Shown: positions 18,971 to 28,129 of the stretch, piece after piece
How the letters are laid out: each line of letters opens with the position of its first letter
Position numbering within the stretch: the stretch's first letter is position 1
From: a virus
Lineage: Duplodnaviria; Heunggongvirae; Uroviricota; Caudoviricetes
IMG/VR virus record: IMGVR_UViG_3300033153_006865
Span: 1,035-65,034 of that record
Reading direction: 5' to 3' (one strand)
DNA: 64,000 nt
Program-made: the position numbers and the translations under genes
Notes under the pieces: generated by a model
Seen by the model: the letters and a program-made list of their open reading frames with translations, nothing else
Databases searched by the model: none
Told to the model about the DNA's origin: nothing

Positions 18971-19108
18971 AATTGTAATAAAGAAAACTTAAATTAAAAT
19001 ACAGGGGGTACAGTATAGGAAGACGTGAGTGTAAACTTTGATCGGAATTGCCTAGTTCAATATGCAAGAAATTGAGCTGCACCCTTATTTAAAACTAACA
19101 ATTGAATT

Positions 19109-19294
19109 ATGAATGAGTGTGATGTAAAAAGACTAGCTCAAGTTTTAGCTGTGCAAGCCGAGATTGAAGGTATGAAAGCCTTCAACAAACAAAGGGAAAT
19201 TCAAGATGAGAGCCCAGGATACAACCAAAAGGATTTTAATGATATGGCAGATCAATTAAACAACTTAGGCCACTCACACAATGACCAGTTATAA
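19109..19294 (+). CDS. hypothetical protein
   Basis: 61-aa ORF. Confidence 0.35.
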   Translation: MNECDVKRLAQVLAVQAEIEGMKAFNKQREIQDESPGYNQKDFNDMADQLNNLGHSHNDQL

Positions 19295-19305
19295 TAATCA
19301 CTATC

Positions 19306-20343
19306 ATGGGTAAAAAAGATAAAGTAATTCAGACATTGGAGCAAGCGAAGGCACTACTTGGGGATATTCAATCCTACGACAAGTTCATTGTATGTTTCTC
19401 CGGAGGAAAAGATTCCATTGCTCTTTTCTTATACTTATTAGAGTTAGGAATAGAAAAAAGCAAGATTGAGCTTTGGCACCACGATATTGATGGTGAGCTT
19501 AAAGTTGGAGAAAGTAATTTTATGGACTGGCCTATCACTAAGCCTTACTGCAAAGCATTTGCAAAAGCTTTCAATGTACCCATTTATTTCTCCTGGAGGG
19601 AAGGAGGGTTCAAACGTGAGATGTTGCGAGAGAATCAGCCCACAGGTGATACTCTTTTTGAGGATGAAAATCACAATATTATTCGCATAGAGAGCCGAAA
19701 AGGAGATCGGTATAATAACACAAGACTTAAGTTTCCACAAGTAACTGCAGATCTTTCTACACGCTGGTGTAGTGCGTACCTTAAGATTGACATCTGTGCA
19801 AGCGCCATTCGTAATCAAGATAGGTTCAAAGGGATAAAAACTCTGGTACTAACTGGTGAACGAGGAGAGGAAAGTAAGGCAAGAGGGACATACAACATTG
19901 TAGAACCAGATAGAAGTGATCTCAGGGATGGAAGAACTCCTAGATATGTCGATCATTACCGGCCTATAAGAGATTGGACAGAACGAGAAATTTGGGAAAT
20001 AATTGAACGATGGTCGGTCCGACCCCATCCTGCATATGTCCTTGGATTTGGGAGGGTAAGTTGTATGAAATGTATTTTTGGCAATGCCAACCAATTTGCA
20101 AGCGCAGCAAAGATTGACCCAGCTGGAACAAAAGATGTTTCAAATTACGAAAAAACCTTCGGTGTTACAATTAAAAGAAAAGAGTCTGTTGATGAATTAA
20201 TTGCAAAAGGTACTCCATATGAAATGGATAAACAAATGAGGCAATTAGCAATGGAGAAGGAGTATCCCCTGAACATAATAATGAGGCATGACGCATGGGA
20301 GTTACCATCAGGGGCTTATGGAGAAAGTTGTGGACCAACTTAA
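19306..20343 (+). CDS. PP-loop ATPase of the PAPS-reductase family
   Basis: FIVCFSGGKDSIAL (SGGxDS PP-loop); 345 aa; start within AATCACTATCATG. Confidence 0.7.
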   Translation: MGKKDKVIQTLEQAKALLGDIQSYDKFIVCFSGGKDSIALFLYLLELGIEKSKIELWHHDIDGELKVGESNFMDWPITKPYCKAFAKAFNVPIYFSWREGGFKREMLRENQPTGDTLFEDENHNIIRIESRKGDRYNNTRLKFPQVTADLSTRWCSAYLKIDICASAIRNQDRFKGIKTLVLTGERGEESKARGTYNIVEPDRSDLRDGRTPRYVDHYRPIRDWTEREIWEIIERWSVRPHPAYVLGFGRVSCMKCIFGNANQFASAAKIDPAGTKDVSNYEKTFGVTIKRKESVDELIAKGTPYEMDKQMRQLAMEKEYPLNIIMRHDAWELPSGAYGESCGPT

Positions 20344-20363
20344 TAATTATAAATTGAAAGTAG

Positions 20364-20714
20364 ATGAAAAGAACTGAAGAACATAAAATGATCGCTGAGT
20401 TCATGGGAAAAGAGGTTGAACTTATTGACGGAGTATATAAAGAGGTTGGAAAGGATATCCATCCCCAACCTTTATACTACCATGATTCATGGAGTTGGTT
20501 AATGGAAGTAGTTGAGAGGATTGACAAAACACCGACAGTAACCAGCACAGAAGAGGAAAAATATTATTACTGCGTATCTTTAATGGGATCCCAAGTTGAA
20601 GTATTAGACCCCAAAGCAAACACTCTTATCATCAATATAAAGATAGATGAGACGGACTGGAAGAAATCAACATATGAAGCGGTAGTTGCATTTATTACTT
20701 GGTATAACCTTTAA
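20364..20714 (+). CDS. paralog-family protein (copy 3 of 4)
   Basis: MIAEFMGK, DSWSWLMEVV and AVVAFITWYN. Confidence 0.55.
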   Translation: MKRTEEHKMIAEFMGKEVELIDGVYKEVGKDIHPQPLYYHDSWSWLMEVVERIDKTPTVTSTEEEKYYYCVSLMGSQVEVLDPKANTLIINIKIDETDWKKSTYEAVVAFITWYNL

Positions 20715-20723
20715 ATCATTATC

Positions 20724-20924
20724 ATGAAGATTAACATACCAATAATGCAAGTCGGGCCTCCTCCAGGACATGGACCACCACCTTGGGCACCTCCTGGGGG
20801 TAACTGCTGGCCACCTCCGTGTGTTGACATCGTGTCAAACTCAGTTATAATACTTCTAGTATTAACAGCAATATTCATAGCTTGGAAAAAGATAAGAAAC
20901 AATAAAATAGATGGCATTAATTAG
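20724..20924 (+). CDS. Pro/Gly-rich single-TM peptide
   Basis: GPPPGHGPPPWAPPGGNCWPPPC followed by a TM helix; start within AAATCATTATCATG. Confidence 0.4.
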   Translation: MKINIPIMQVGPPPGHGPPPWAPPGGNCWPPPCVDIVSNSVIILLVLTAIFIAWKKIRNNKIDGIN

Positions 20925-21141
20925 AAAAACTTACGACAGACTTAAGAAGAGAGGTTTACATACTAAACAAGTATTTAGAATTCTTCAAGGAGCAGGATTT
21001 ACATTTTCACAAAGAACATTACAGAATTATCTAGATGATGAGTTCTTGACTTGCAAGGACGATGACATTAAAAAGGCTATTACCGGAATTATTAAAAACT
21101 ATGATGAACTTGTAGCTAACCTTAAAAAAGAATTCACATGA
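20911..21141 (+). CDS. hypothetical protein
   Basis: 76-aa ORF. Confidence 0.4.
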   Translation: MALIRKTYDRLKKRGLHTKQVFRILQGAGFTFSQRTLQNYLDDEFLTCKDDDIKKAITGIIKNYDELVANLKKEFT

Positions 21142-21243
21142 AATTTGCATTAATAGGATTACTCATTTTTGGCTTTCTTGTCGCAATATTTGACGATAAA
21201 ACAGCCAAGAAAAATAAAGACAACACCAACTAAATTTAAAGTC

Positions 21244-21504
21244 ATGGGTAAGAAGGACGACAGACTAACACAGGATGCTATAAATTCTTTAGTAGAAGAA
21301 TTTTCAGAGCGGGATTTGGCTGACCTTGTTGAACCATATCGTGAGATAGGTAAGAAGGAAATTAGAACATCACCTAATAAACCTGTTGAATCACGGATAG
21401 CTGATCACTGGTTGGAGTTTTGTGATCTAAGACACACAGCCTCGAAATTTGAAATTAGAACCGGAGAGGTATTATTAATTTTGGAAAAACAAGGAATACT
21501 ATGA
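21244..21504 (+). CDS. hypothetical protein
   Basis: Internal ATG chosen. The ORF track start at 21169 encodes a hydrophobic leader, so the start is ambiguous. Confidence 0.35.
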   Translation: MGKKDDRLTQDAINSLVEEFSERDLADLVEPYREIGKKEIRTSPNKPVESRIADHWLEFCDLRHTASKFEIRTGEVLLILEKQGIL

Positions 21505-21944
21505 AAAATCTATTTAAAGCACTATCATTGGTCGTTGTTTTATCTACAAATATGGTGGGTCAAGATACTATTATTGTAGACACCTTTTCTGTGGAAGCTC
21601 TCAAAATTTACTTGGAGGAGGTCAATGTAAGATATCCAGATATTATATTTGCGCAGGCTGTCCTAGAATCAAAGAACTTTACATCGGATGTTTTTAAAGA
21701 TAACCATAATTTAATGGGGATGAAATGTGCAGCATCTAGACCCTATACCCACCTGGGAGTAAGTAACAGAGGGCATGCAGTCTATGCGTCATGGCGTATG
21801 AGTGTGTTGGATTATGTAATCTATCAATCTTGTTATACAAGGGGCTTGAAAACTGAAGAAGAGTATCTTAAGTTTTTAGGACATAGTTATGCTACGGATC
21901 CTAGGTATGTAGAAAAGCTAAAAAGTATAATGGGACAAAAATAA
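21501..21944 (+). CDS. secreted peptidoglycan N-acetylglucosaminidase (FlgJ-like)
   Basis: Signal peptide plus AQAVLESKNFTS...NLMGMK glucosaminidase signature. Confidence 0.6.
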   Translation: MKNLFKALSLVVVLSTNMVGQDTIIVDTFSVEALKIYLEEVNVRYPDIIFAQAVLESKNFTSDVFKDNHNLMGMKCAASRPYTHLGVSNRGHAVYASWRMSVLDYVIYQSCYTRGLKTEEEYLKFLGHSYATDPRYVEKLKSIMGQK

Positions 21945-21949
21945 ACACT

Positions 21950-22627
21950 ATGTCAAACTACAAACCTCTGCCAAAAGAAATAAATGGACTAAAGATTATT
22001 AAAGATTTAGGCAGAATATACCCTACCGAGAAGTCAAAGAGAAAGGAGAGGTTCGCAATTCTATTGTGTAGGTGTGGAGAAGAGTTTAGGGCCAGAACAG
22101 ATAGTATTAAAAATGGGAGTACAACATCTTGTGGATGTGTACAAAGGTCATTAACCGCTGAGAGGTCTATTACACATAACTTATCCAAACACCCACTATA
22201 CAAGACGTGGGGGAATATGAAGAGGCGTTGCTACAATAAAAATAGAGAAGATTATGATAACTACGGAGGCCGGGGTATTAAGGTCTGTGACAGGTGGTTA
22301 GACTCTTTTCCAAACTTCCTGTCTGATATGGGGGTAAAACCTTCTAAATCCCACTCTCTTGACAGAAAAGAAAATGACGGGGATTACACCCCTGAAAATT
22401 GTAGATGGGCCACAAAAGAAGAGCAGACACTTAACCAACGTATAATGAAAACAAACAAGACAGATTTTGTTGGTATATCCTTTAGTGGAGGTAAACTTAG
22501 ATCGGTTATTTACTACAAAGAGAGGCAAACCCACCTGGGAACATTTGACACTCCTGAAGAAGCTGCAAGAGTAAGAGATAAATATATTATTGACAATAAT
22601 TTACCCCATAAACTATCAAAACTATGA
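21950..22627 (+). CDS. AP2-domain homing endonuclease
   Basis: LYKTWGNMKRRCYN...YGGRGIKVCDRW..FPNFLSDMG nuclease module plus C-terminal AP2 (GISFSGGKLRSVIYYK..HLGTFDTPEEAARVRD). Confidence 0.7.
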   Translation: MSNYKPLPKEINGLKIIKDLGRIYPTEKSKRKERFAILLCRCGEEFRARTDSIKNGSTTSCGCVQRSLTAERSITHNLSKHPLYKTWGNMKRRCYNKNREDYDNYGGRGIKVCDRWLDSFPNFLSDMGVKPSKSHSLDRKENDGDYTPENCRWATKEEQTLNQRIMKTNKTDFVGISFSGGKLRSVIYYKERQTHLGTFDTPEEAARVRDKYIIDNNLPHKLSKL

Positions 22628-23046
22628 ATATTAAAGAAGCAAACAAACTAATATCTGAATATATGTATCCAGATTGGGTACATCCAGAGGACACATCAGA
22701 ACATATTACACCTCTCCTAGAAGCTGTTGGAGGAAGCTATGCTGTTCTTGCCAGACTATTAGATGAGGATTATGAAAGTTTAAACTTTCATAACTCATGG
22801 AGCTCTTTGATGAAAGTAGTAATTAAGATCACCAACTTCAAATTTGTAGGTGATCTTAATGGAGACCACGCCTACTTTAGAACATTTGGAATGAAGACAA
22901 AAGGGACTGATCTATATATGGTAAGAATAAATAGATTTAAGGTGCACACAGCTGAAGAGTTTATCGATGCAGCCTATGCAGCAGTAGTAGAATTTATTAA
23001 TTGGTACAACGAAAACAAAAATGATGACGGACAAGTTAGTAGCTGA
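22624..23046 (+). CDS. paralog-family protein (copy 4 of 4)
   Basis: KLISEYM, NSWSSLMKVV and AAVVEFINWYNENKND. Confidence 0.55.
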   Translation: MNIKEANKLISEYMYPDWVHPEDTSEHITPLLEAVGGSYAVLARLLDEDYESLNFHNSWSSLMKVVIKITNFKFVGDLNGDHAYFRTFGMKTKGTDLYMVRINRFKVHTAEEFIDAAYAAVVEFINWYNENKNDDGQVSS

Positions 23047-23335
23047 GAGATACCTCTCAAAAATAGATAGGGCAAAAATAAATGGAGTAGACTTCGACCT
23101 AAGCTTTAATGAGTTTAAAGCACTCATGAACATAAAGAAGTGTCAGATAACTGGAAAGGTTTTCACCACACACGGAGACAATGCAATTTCCCTAGACAGA
23201 CTTGATAATTATAAAGGCTATATAAAAAGCAATGTGATTGCATGTACAAAAAGAATCAACACCCTAAAAGGGAATCTTACCCCTAGTGAAATTAAAGCAA
23301 TTTATAAACTCTTGTTAAAACAAAAATTGGTATGA
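23024..23335 (+). CDS. small HNH-like endonuclease
   Basis: ISLDRLDNYKGY...NV.ACT..IN.LKGN. Confidence 0.45.
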   Translation: MTDKLVAERYLSKIDRAKINGVDFDLSFNEFKALMNIKKCQITGKVFTTHGDNAISLDRLDNYKGYIKSNVIACTKRINTLKGNLTPSEIKAIYKLLLKQKLV

Positions 23336-23871
23336 AAAAGCAACTTATTTTTATCGATAATGATCGAGAGGATCTAACAAAGGAAGACCTTGATTACGTT
23401 CAGTACGCATTGGAATACTTTAACCTGCATGATGATGTTATCAAGACGGAGAATATTAAATTGATTTCTAACTTTAGAGGCTTGGAGAGACGGGAGGCAG
23501 CCGAGATGTTATTTGACACCAATAATGTGATTTGCACCTATAGTATGTACACTGGAACTCATTATAATTCTCTTGGACAAATGCAGAGATTTTTAGCAGC
23601 AGCAGGTAGAAGTGATATTAAGGGGTGCTTTAATATAGATTGTAGTGGTAACATTTGTGAAGCATTGACTAGAATTATACGGGATAATAAAAATGCATTC
23701 TATATACTGAAGGCAATAGAAAATAATTACATCCTGACTACACACAGAGAGCCAGGAGAAAAGACCATAGGTAAAAGGCTAAGAGTAGATCTTGAATCCG
23801 ACGCATACTCTCCATTCAGATTTGAAGATATTGACTTACCAAAATTACTAAAATGTAAAACGGCAGAATGA
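23332..23871 (+). CDS. hypothetical protein
   Basis: 179-aa ORF. Confidence 0.45.
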   Translation: MKKQLIFIDNDREDLTKEDLDYVQYALEYFNLHDDVIKTENIKLISNFRGLERREAAEMLFDTNNVICTYSMYTGTHYNSLGQMQRFLAAAGRSDIKGCFNIDCSGNICEALTRIIRDNKNAFYILKAIENNYILTTHREPGEKTIGKRLRVDLESDAYSPFRFEDIDLPKLLKCKTAE

Positions 23872-24248
23872 TTATGGAAAATCTAATAACAAGAGAAAAC
23901 TTTAAAAAGTACTTTAAATTACCTTTAGTACATGATGAGTATGCACCATGTATGGTTTGGGACTCTGATGATAACAGAGCACTTGATTTTACCTTTGATG
24001 ATAAAGAGAATCAAGTTAAGATAGTAAAACTACTAAATGGTGAACTGGATAAAGAGTCCTATATAAAAGGAGAGTTCACACACAAAGGAGGAGAGATTTA
24101 CCTAGACGGCTCAAAACTATTAATGGTAAGATCCTGGGGTAGACTAACAGGAACTGGAGGAGGTCTCGGATTAAGCACAGATAAAGCTGCAGAAATTCAA
24201 GATGGATTCTGTGACTGGATTATAAACACATTAAAAGGAGAGCCATGA
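23868..24248 (+). CDS. hypothetical protein
   Basis: 126-aa ORF. Confidence 0.45.
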   Translation: MIMENLITRENFKKYFKLPLVHDEYAPCMVWDSDDNRALDFTFDDKENQVKIVKLLNGELDKESYIKGEFTHKGGEIYLDGSKLLMVRSWGRLTGTGGGLGLSTDKAAEIQDGFCDWIINTLKGEP

Positions 24249-24667
24249 AAGACAACAAGTTAATACCAATGACCGACTACGTGTTGGAGCAAGAAAAGCA
24301 ATGGTATGAAATGACACCGGCAGAGGTAATGGGGATTTTCAACTATGCAAATTTTCTAAAGTTACTTTTAAAACTTTGGATGTTTGTTCCTTGTGATGTA
24401 GATGTTTTGAAAGAGCCTGACGAAGATAATTCTAAATATTGGAATGTGACTGCTGACGGAAATTTCAATCATGGTTTATTTAATGAAGATATTGAGCAAT
24501 ATCAACAAGCAAAAGAGCGTGTATTATTCCATTCAATGGAAGAACTTCCTAGAACTAAGCGTCAGTTTTTAAGTTGGACTTCGTATAATAATTATAAGAC
24601 AGTGGAATGTATTATTAAGTACAATGTCACCCTAACCCCTAACGCTTTAAAACAAATAGGATTATGA
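24245..24667 (+). CDS. hypothetical protein
   Basis: 140-aa ORF. Confidence 0.45.
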   Translation: MKDNKLIPMTDYVLEQEKQWYEMTPAEVMGIFNYANFLKLLLKLWMFVPCDVDVLKEPDEDNSKYWNVTADGNFNHGLFNEDIEQYQQAKERVLFHSMEELPRTKRQFLSWTSYNNYKTVECIIKYNVTLTPNALKQIGL

Positions 24668-25297
24668 AAACAGTTAACTATTTTAATGGGTGTGCCGGCC
24701 TAGGTGCGAACGTACACCTACTAAAGAAAAATGTAAACGTCACATCAGTAGAGATGTTTCCAAAAATCGCAGACGCAAATAAGTTGATGCACCCAGAGCA
24801 TGAAGTTATAACAGACGATGCGTTTAAGTATTTTCAGGATAACCATGAGAATTTTGATTTTGCTTGGTTCTCCCCCTAATTGTCAAAGTCATACCAGAAT
24901 GGTAAAGGCAACACGTCACAAAGTAAATAGGATGCCAGACATGACTGGGTTGTATGGAACTATAGTATTTCTACAACATTTTTATAAAGGTGATTGGATA
25001 GTAGAAAATGTAGTACCTTTTTATGAACCGTTAATAAAACCTACACTAAGAGTAGGGAGGCACTTGTTTTGGAGCAACAAACCCCTGTTTGGAATAGAGG
25101 ATATTAAACGTCCTAAGGGGTTTATAAATAATACAAATACAGAGGGGGCTAAGGAACTAAAAAAGTGGTTGGGGATGGAGTATGAGAAGAACCTTTACTA
25201 TAAGGGTAACCACTGCCCTGCACAAGTCTGGCGGAATTGTGTACATCCGTTGGTTGGAGAGCAACTATATGATTGTATACAGTCACAACGAGGCTGA
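24664..25297 (+). pseudogene. C5-cytosine-methyltransferase-like gene split at a C5 homopolymer
   Basis: N-terminal part NYFNGCAGLGANV (motif I-like) stops at 24879. The next frame continues SPPNCQSH (motif IV-like) and ENVV (motif VI). The break is at ccccc 24872..24876. Confidence 0.4.
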
Positions 25298-25386
25298 AAC
25301 AATTATACAGGAGTATTGATATTTCTGTCCAAAATAATAGGTTTTTATCGATATAGTTTTTATATTTGACCAAAGAAAAATAAATC

Positions 25387-26805
25387 ATGAAGAAGATATT
25401 ACTAGAAATTAAAGCAGCCCGAGGAAGTGTTAAAAAGACAGTGTTGGAAAAATATAAAGGTAGTGATACTCTAATGAGGATTTTATACCTGGCTACCTCG
25501 AATAAAATAACTTTTGGGATTAAAAAAATTCCCGACTATGTGCGATTGCAAACCACTATTACACTTCCTGAGGCCCTTGAAGAACTAAAGCCTTTAATTA
25601 GTAGAGAGGTTACTGGAGACGCTGCGATTGGACAGTTAACACATGTCTTAGGAATGTTGAATGAGGATGATGCATTTGTTCTTGAAAGGATAATTGATAA
25701 AAATTTACAAATCGGCCTCCAGGCAAATTCTATTAATAAAGTAATACCTGGACTGATAGAGAAAACTTCTTACCAAGGCTGTCAACCCTTTTCAAAAAAG
25801 AAGATATTAAAGATATTAGAAAACGGCCCCGCGTTGCTGCAGACTAAGGAAGATGGGTTTTTCTTAGACTGTTTAGTAGGTGGAGATTTTGTAGGACTTT
25901 CTACAAGGTCTGGAGAAATTATAAACCTTGGAGGGGCTGCATTTGTGAATGAACTTGAAAAAATACAAGTAAAAGAACCTTTTGTATTAAATGGCGAACT
26001 TTTACTTAAATCTATCCCTAAGAGATCTATTGCAAATGGTATTCTTTTATCAGTATCTGATATTTTAACCAAAGCTGGAGAACGGACTCAAAAGGAGACA
26101 GATAAGAAGATTGAAAAATTACTAAAAGATATTCCAGAAGAGTTGGGATGGGCAGCCTTAAAAGACATCCTAGATGATACTATGTATTCAATATGGGATC
26201 TTCTTACTAAGAAAGCCTATGATGAAGAATATTCTGAGGTGAGGGCTGATGAACGTTTCCTTCACGCACGTGCTTTAATAGAAAAGTTTGAATTGAAGAG
26301 TACTAGATTAGTAGATTGGAAAATTGTCACCACTTACTCAGAGGCTATGGAGTATTTCCAACAGAAGCTTTCAGAAGGTAAAGAAGGTGCAGTAATCAAA
26401 CAAAAAGATAGTCCGTGGAGGTCTGGTAAACATTCGAACAATATAAAACTGAAGTTAGAGATGGAGTCTGAAATGATTATTGTTGGATTCCAGTTCGGAA
26501 AAACCGGAACCAAAAATGAGAATGTATATTCATCACTACATGTAGAATCAAGTGACGGAATAGTCACTGCCACTCCATCTGGTATGACAGAAAAATTAAT
26601 GGACGAGATAACAGCAGATCCAGAAAAATACAGAGGGGCTATTGTAACAGTAAAGTGCTATGGCCTGTCAGAGAATAAGGAAGGGGAAAAGTCAATGATG
26701 TCACCTAGTGTTGTTGAGATTAGAAGAGATAGAACTGAAGCTGATAACTACGAAGAAATTTTAGCTATAGAAAATGCGGCAAAAGGCTTGCAAGTCTCAG
26801 TATAA
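25387..26805 (+). CDS. ATP-dependent DNA ligase (T4-type)
   Basis: N-terminal domain matches T4 DNA ligase (KILLEI...G..KK..LEKYKG...L.R.LYLA; LTG.AAI..LT). Motif I TKEDG, NGELLL, EGAVIK, KLKLE. Confidence 0.85.
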   Translation: MKKILLEIKAARGSVKKTVLEKYKGSDTLMRILYLATSNKITFGIKKIPDYVRLQTTITLPEALEELKPLISREVTGDAAIGQLTHVLGMLNEDDAFVLERIIDKNLQIGLQANSINKVIPGLIEKTSYQGCQPFSKKKILKILENGPALLQTKEDGFFLDCLVGGDFVGLSTRSGEIINLGGAAFVNELEKIQVKEPFVLNGELLLKSIPKRSIANGILLSVSDILTKAGERTQKETDKKIEKLLKDIPEELGWAALKDILDDTMYSIWDLLTKKAYDEEYSEVRADERFLHARALIEKFELKSTRLVDWKIVTTYSEAMEYFQQKLSEGKEGAVIKQKDSPWRSGKHSNNIKLKLEMESEMIIVGFQFGKTGTKNENVYSSLHVESSDGIVTATPSGMTEKLMDEITADPEKYRGAIVTVKCYGLSENKEGEKSMMSPSVVEIRRDRTEADNYEEILAIENAAKGLQVSV

Positions 26806-26917
26806 ATATCTACATTTGAATTAAATTATAAAGAGTCCCACCGGCTTCTCATAAGAACAGCTCAACAAGGTTTATATACTGTGTGCATGCGGTGTGTTAT
26901 TAATGGGGCATTTTACT

Positions 26918-26946
26918 AACTACATTTGTCACAATTATTGACGTGA
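26918..26946. repeat. 7-bp inverted repeat TGTCACA...TGTGACA in an intergenic region
   Basis: tgtcacaattattgacgtgatgtgtgaca. Confidence 0.5.
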
Positions 26947-26974
26947 TGTGTGACAGATTTTAACCTACTTAACT

Positions 26975-27238
26975 ATGAAAAAAGCACTTAAACCTGGAGA
27001 TGACTTTACTGAGAACAAGCCCTTTTGGAAGTGGCTAGTCTCTGGCTCACAAATAATGATGTTGTTTGGAATGATATTCTTTGCATGGGTTGCTGCCTCA
27101 CCTTGGATAAACGGCAATAAAGATCACAAGATTTCTATCTGTATAGTAGGGTTGTTTATGGTGTGGGTGATGTATGCTTTAGCTAGAAATTTATATAAAA
27201 CAATGCAGAGAGGAGAAACTTGGAGGTTTAAAATTTGA
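26975..27238 (+). CDS. membrane protein
   Basis: Two hydrophobic helices. Confidence 0.4.
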   Translation: MKKALKPGDDFTENKPFWKWLVSGSQIMMLFGMIFFAWVAASPWINGNKDHKISICIVGLFMVWVMYALARNLYKTMQRGETWRFKI

Positions 27239-27241
27239 CAC

Positions 27242-27918
27242 ATGAGGGAGTTGAAACCATTACCAAAAGAGATAAACGGTATTAAGGTTGTTAAAGATTA
27301 TGGGACTATCTTCCCTACCGAGACTTCTAAAGAAAGGAAGAGGTATGCTACATTTTTATGTAGGTGTGGTGCTGAGTTTAAGGTCAGAGTCTCTAGTGTG
27401 AAGAATGGTGACACTACCTCTTGTGGCTGTTTAAAGACCAAATTATTTTTGAGACAATTGTCAAACATGGGTTACATAGGCACCCTCTATACAATACGTG
27501 GTCTAACATGAAGAAGAGATGTTATAATATAACCAATAAGGACTACAAACATTATGGAGAAAGAGGAGTAGAGGTTTGTGACAGGTGGTCAAACTCTTTC
27601 CCAAATTTTCTAGAGGATATGGGTGAAAAACCATCACAAAAACACTCTCTTGATAGAGAAGATAATGATGGAGATTACACACCAGAAAATTGTAGGTGGG
27701 CAACAAAAACTCAGCAAAATATTAATCAAAGGGTACGTAAAAATGCCTCTGGTTATACAGGAGTTGTTGTTAACCGTGGAAAATGGAAATCCCGTGTATC
27801 TTATAAGGGCAAAGTAAATCACATCGGCACTTACGACACTATAGAAGAGGCAGTAAAATCGAGGAATAGTTACATAATCAAAAATAATTTACCACACAAA
27901 ATTCAAGAATATGGATGA
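27242..27918 (+). pseudogene. AP2-domain homing endonuclease, frameshifted paralog of 21950..22627
   Basis: Same architecture, split across two frames (27242..27511 and 27421..27918) with the break near the T5 run at 27446..27450. Confidence 0.6.
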
Positions 27919-28129
27919 AGATAGACTAAACAAGATAGATGAGTCTCTCACTATAATTACGATTAGAAAAGATGGGCTATGTCTAGATTGGACCCTCTCT
28001 AAAATTAAATTCAATGGCCACGGCCATGCTGTTTCTGAAAAAGAAATAGTTTTTAAATCAGATGGACTGGCTGAAGAATTGGAAGAACTTTACACAGATC
28101 TCGGCCACAATGTCGATGTTATAAGATAA
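27911..28129 (+). CDS. hypothetical protein
   Basis: 72-aa ORF. Confidence 0.35.
   Translation: MDEDRLNKIDESLTIITIRKDGLCLDWTLSKIKFNGHGHAVSEKEIVFKSDGLAEELEELYTDLGHNVDVIR

Noticed and set aside
25387-26805. RNA ligase rather than DNA ligase (motif I reads TKEDG like T4 Rnl1)
   Set aside because: The N-terminal 130 aa are collinear with the DNA-binding domain of T4 DNA ligase, and motifs III-V fit DNA ligases. Called as DNA ligase.
27623-27822. Overlapping ORFs 27623..27817 (+) and 27634..27822 (-) and many antisense ORFs (e.g. 493..864, 1098..1472, 4578..4808, 19444..19818, 51764..52051)
   Set aside because: They lie entirely inside better-supported genes, are in an alternate frame or antisense, and have low-complexity composition with no motifs. 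Treated as spurious.
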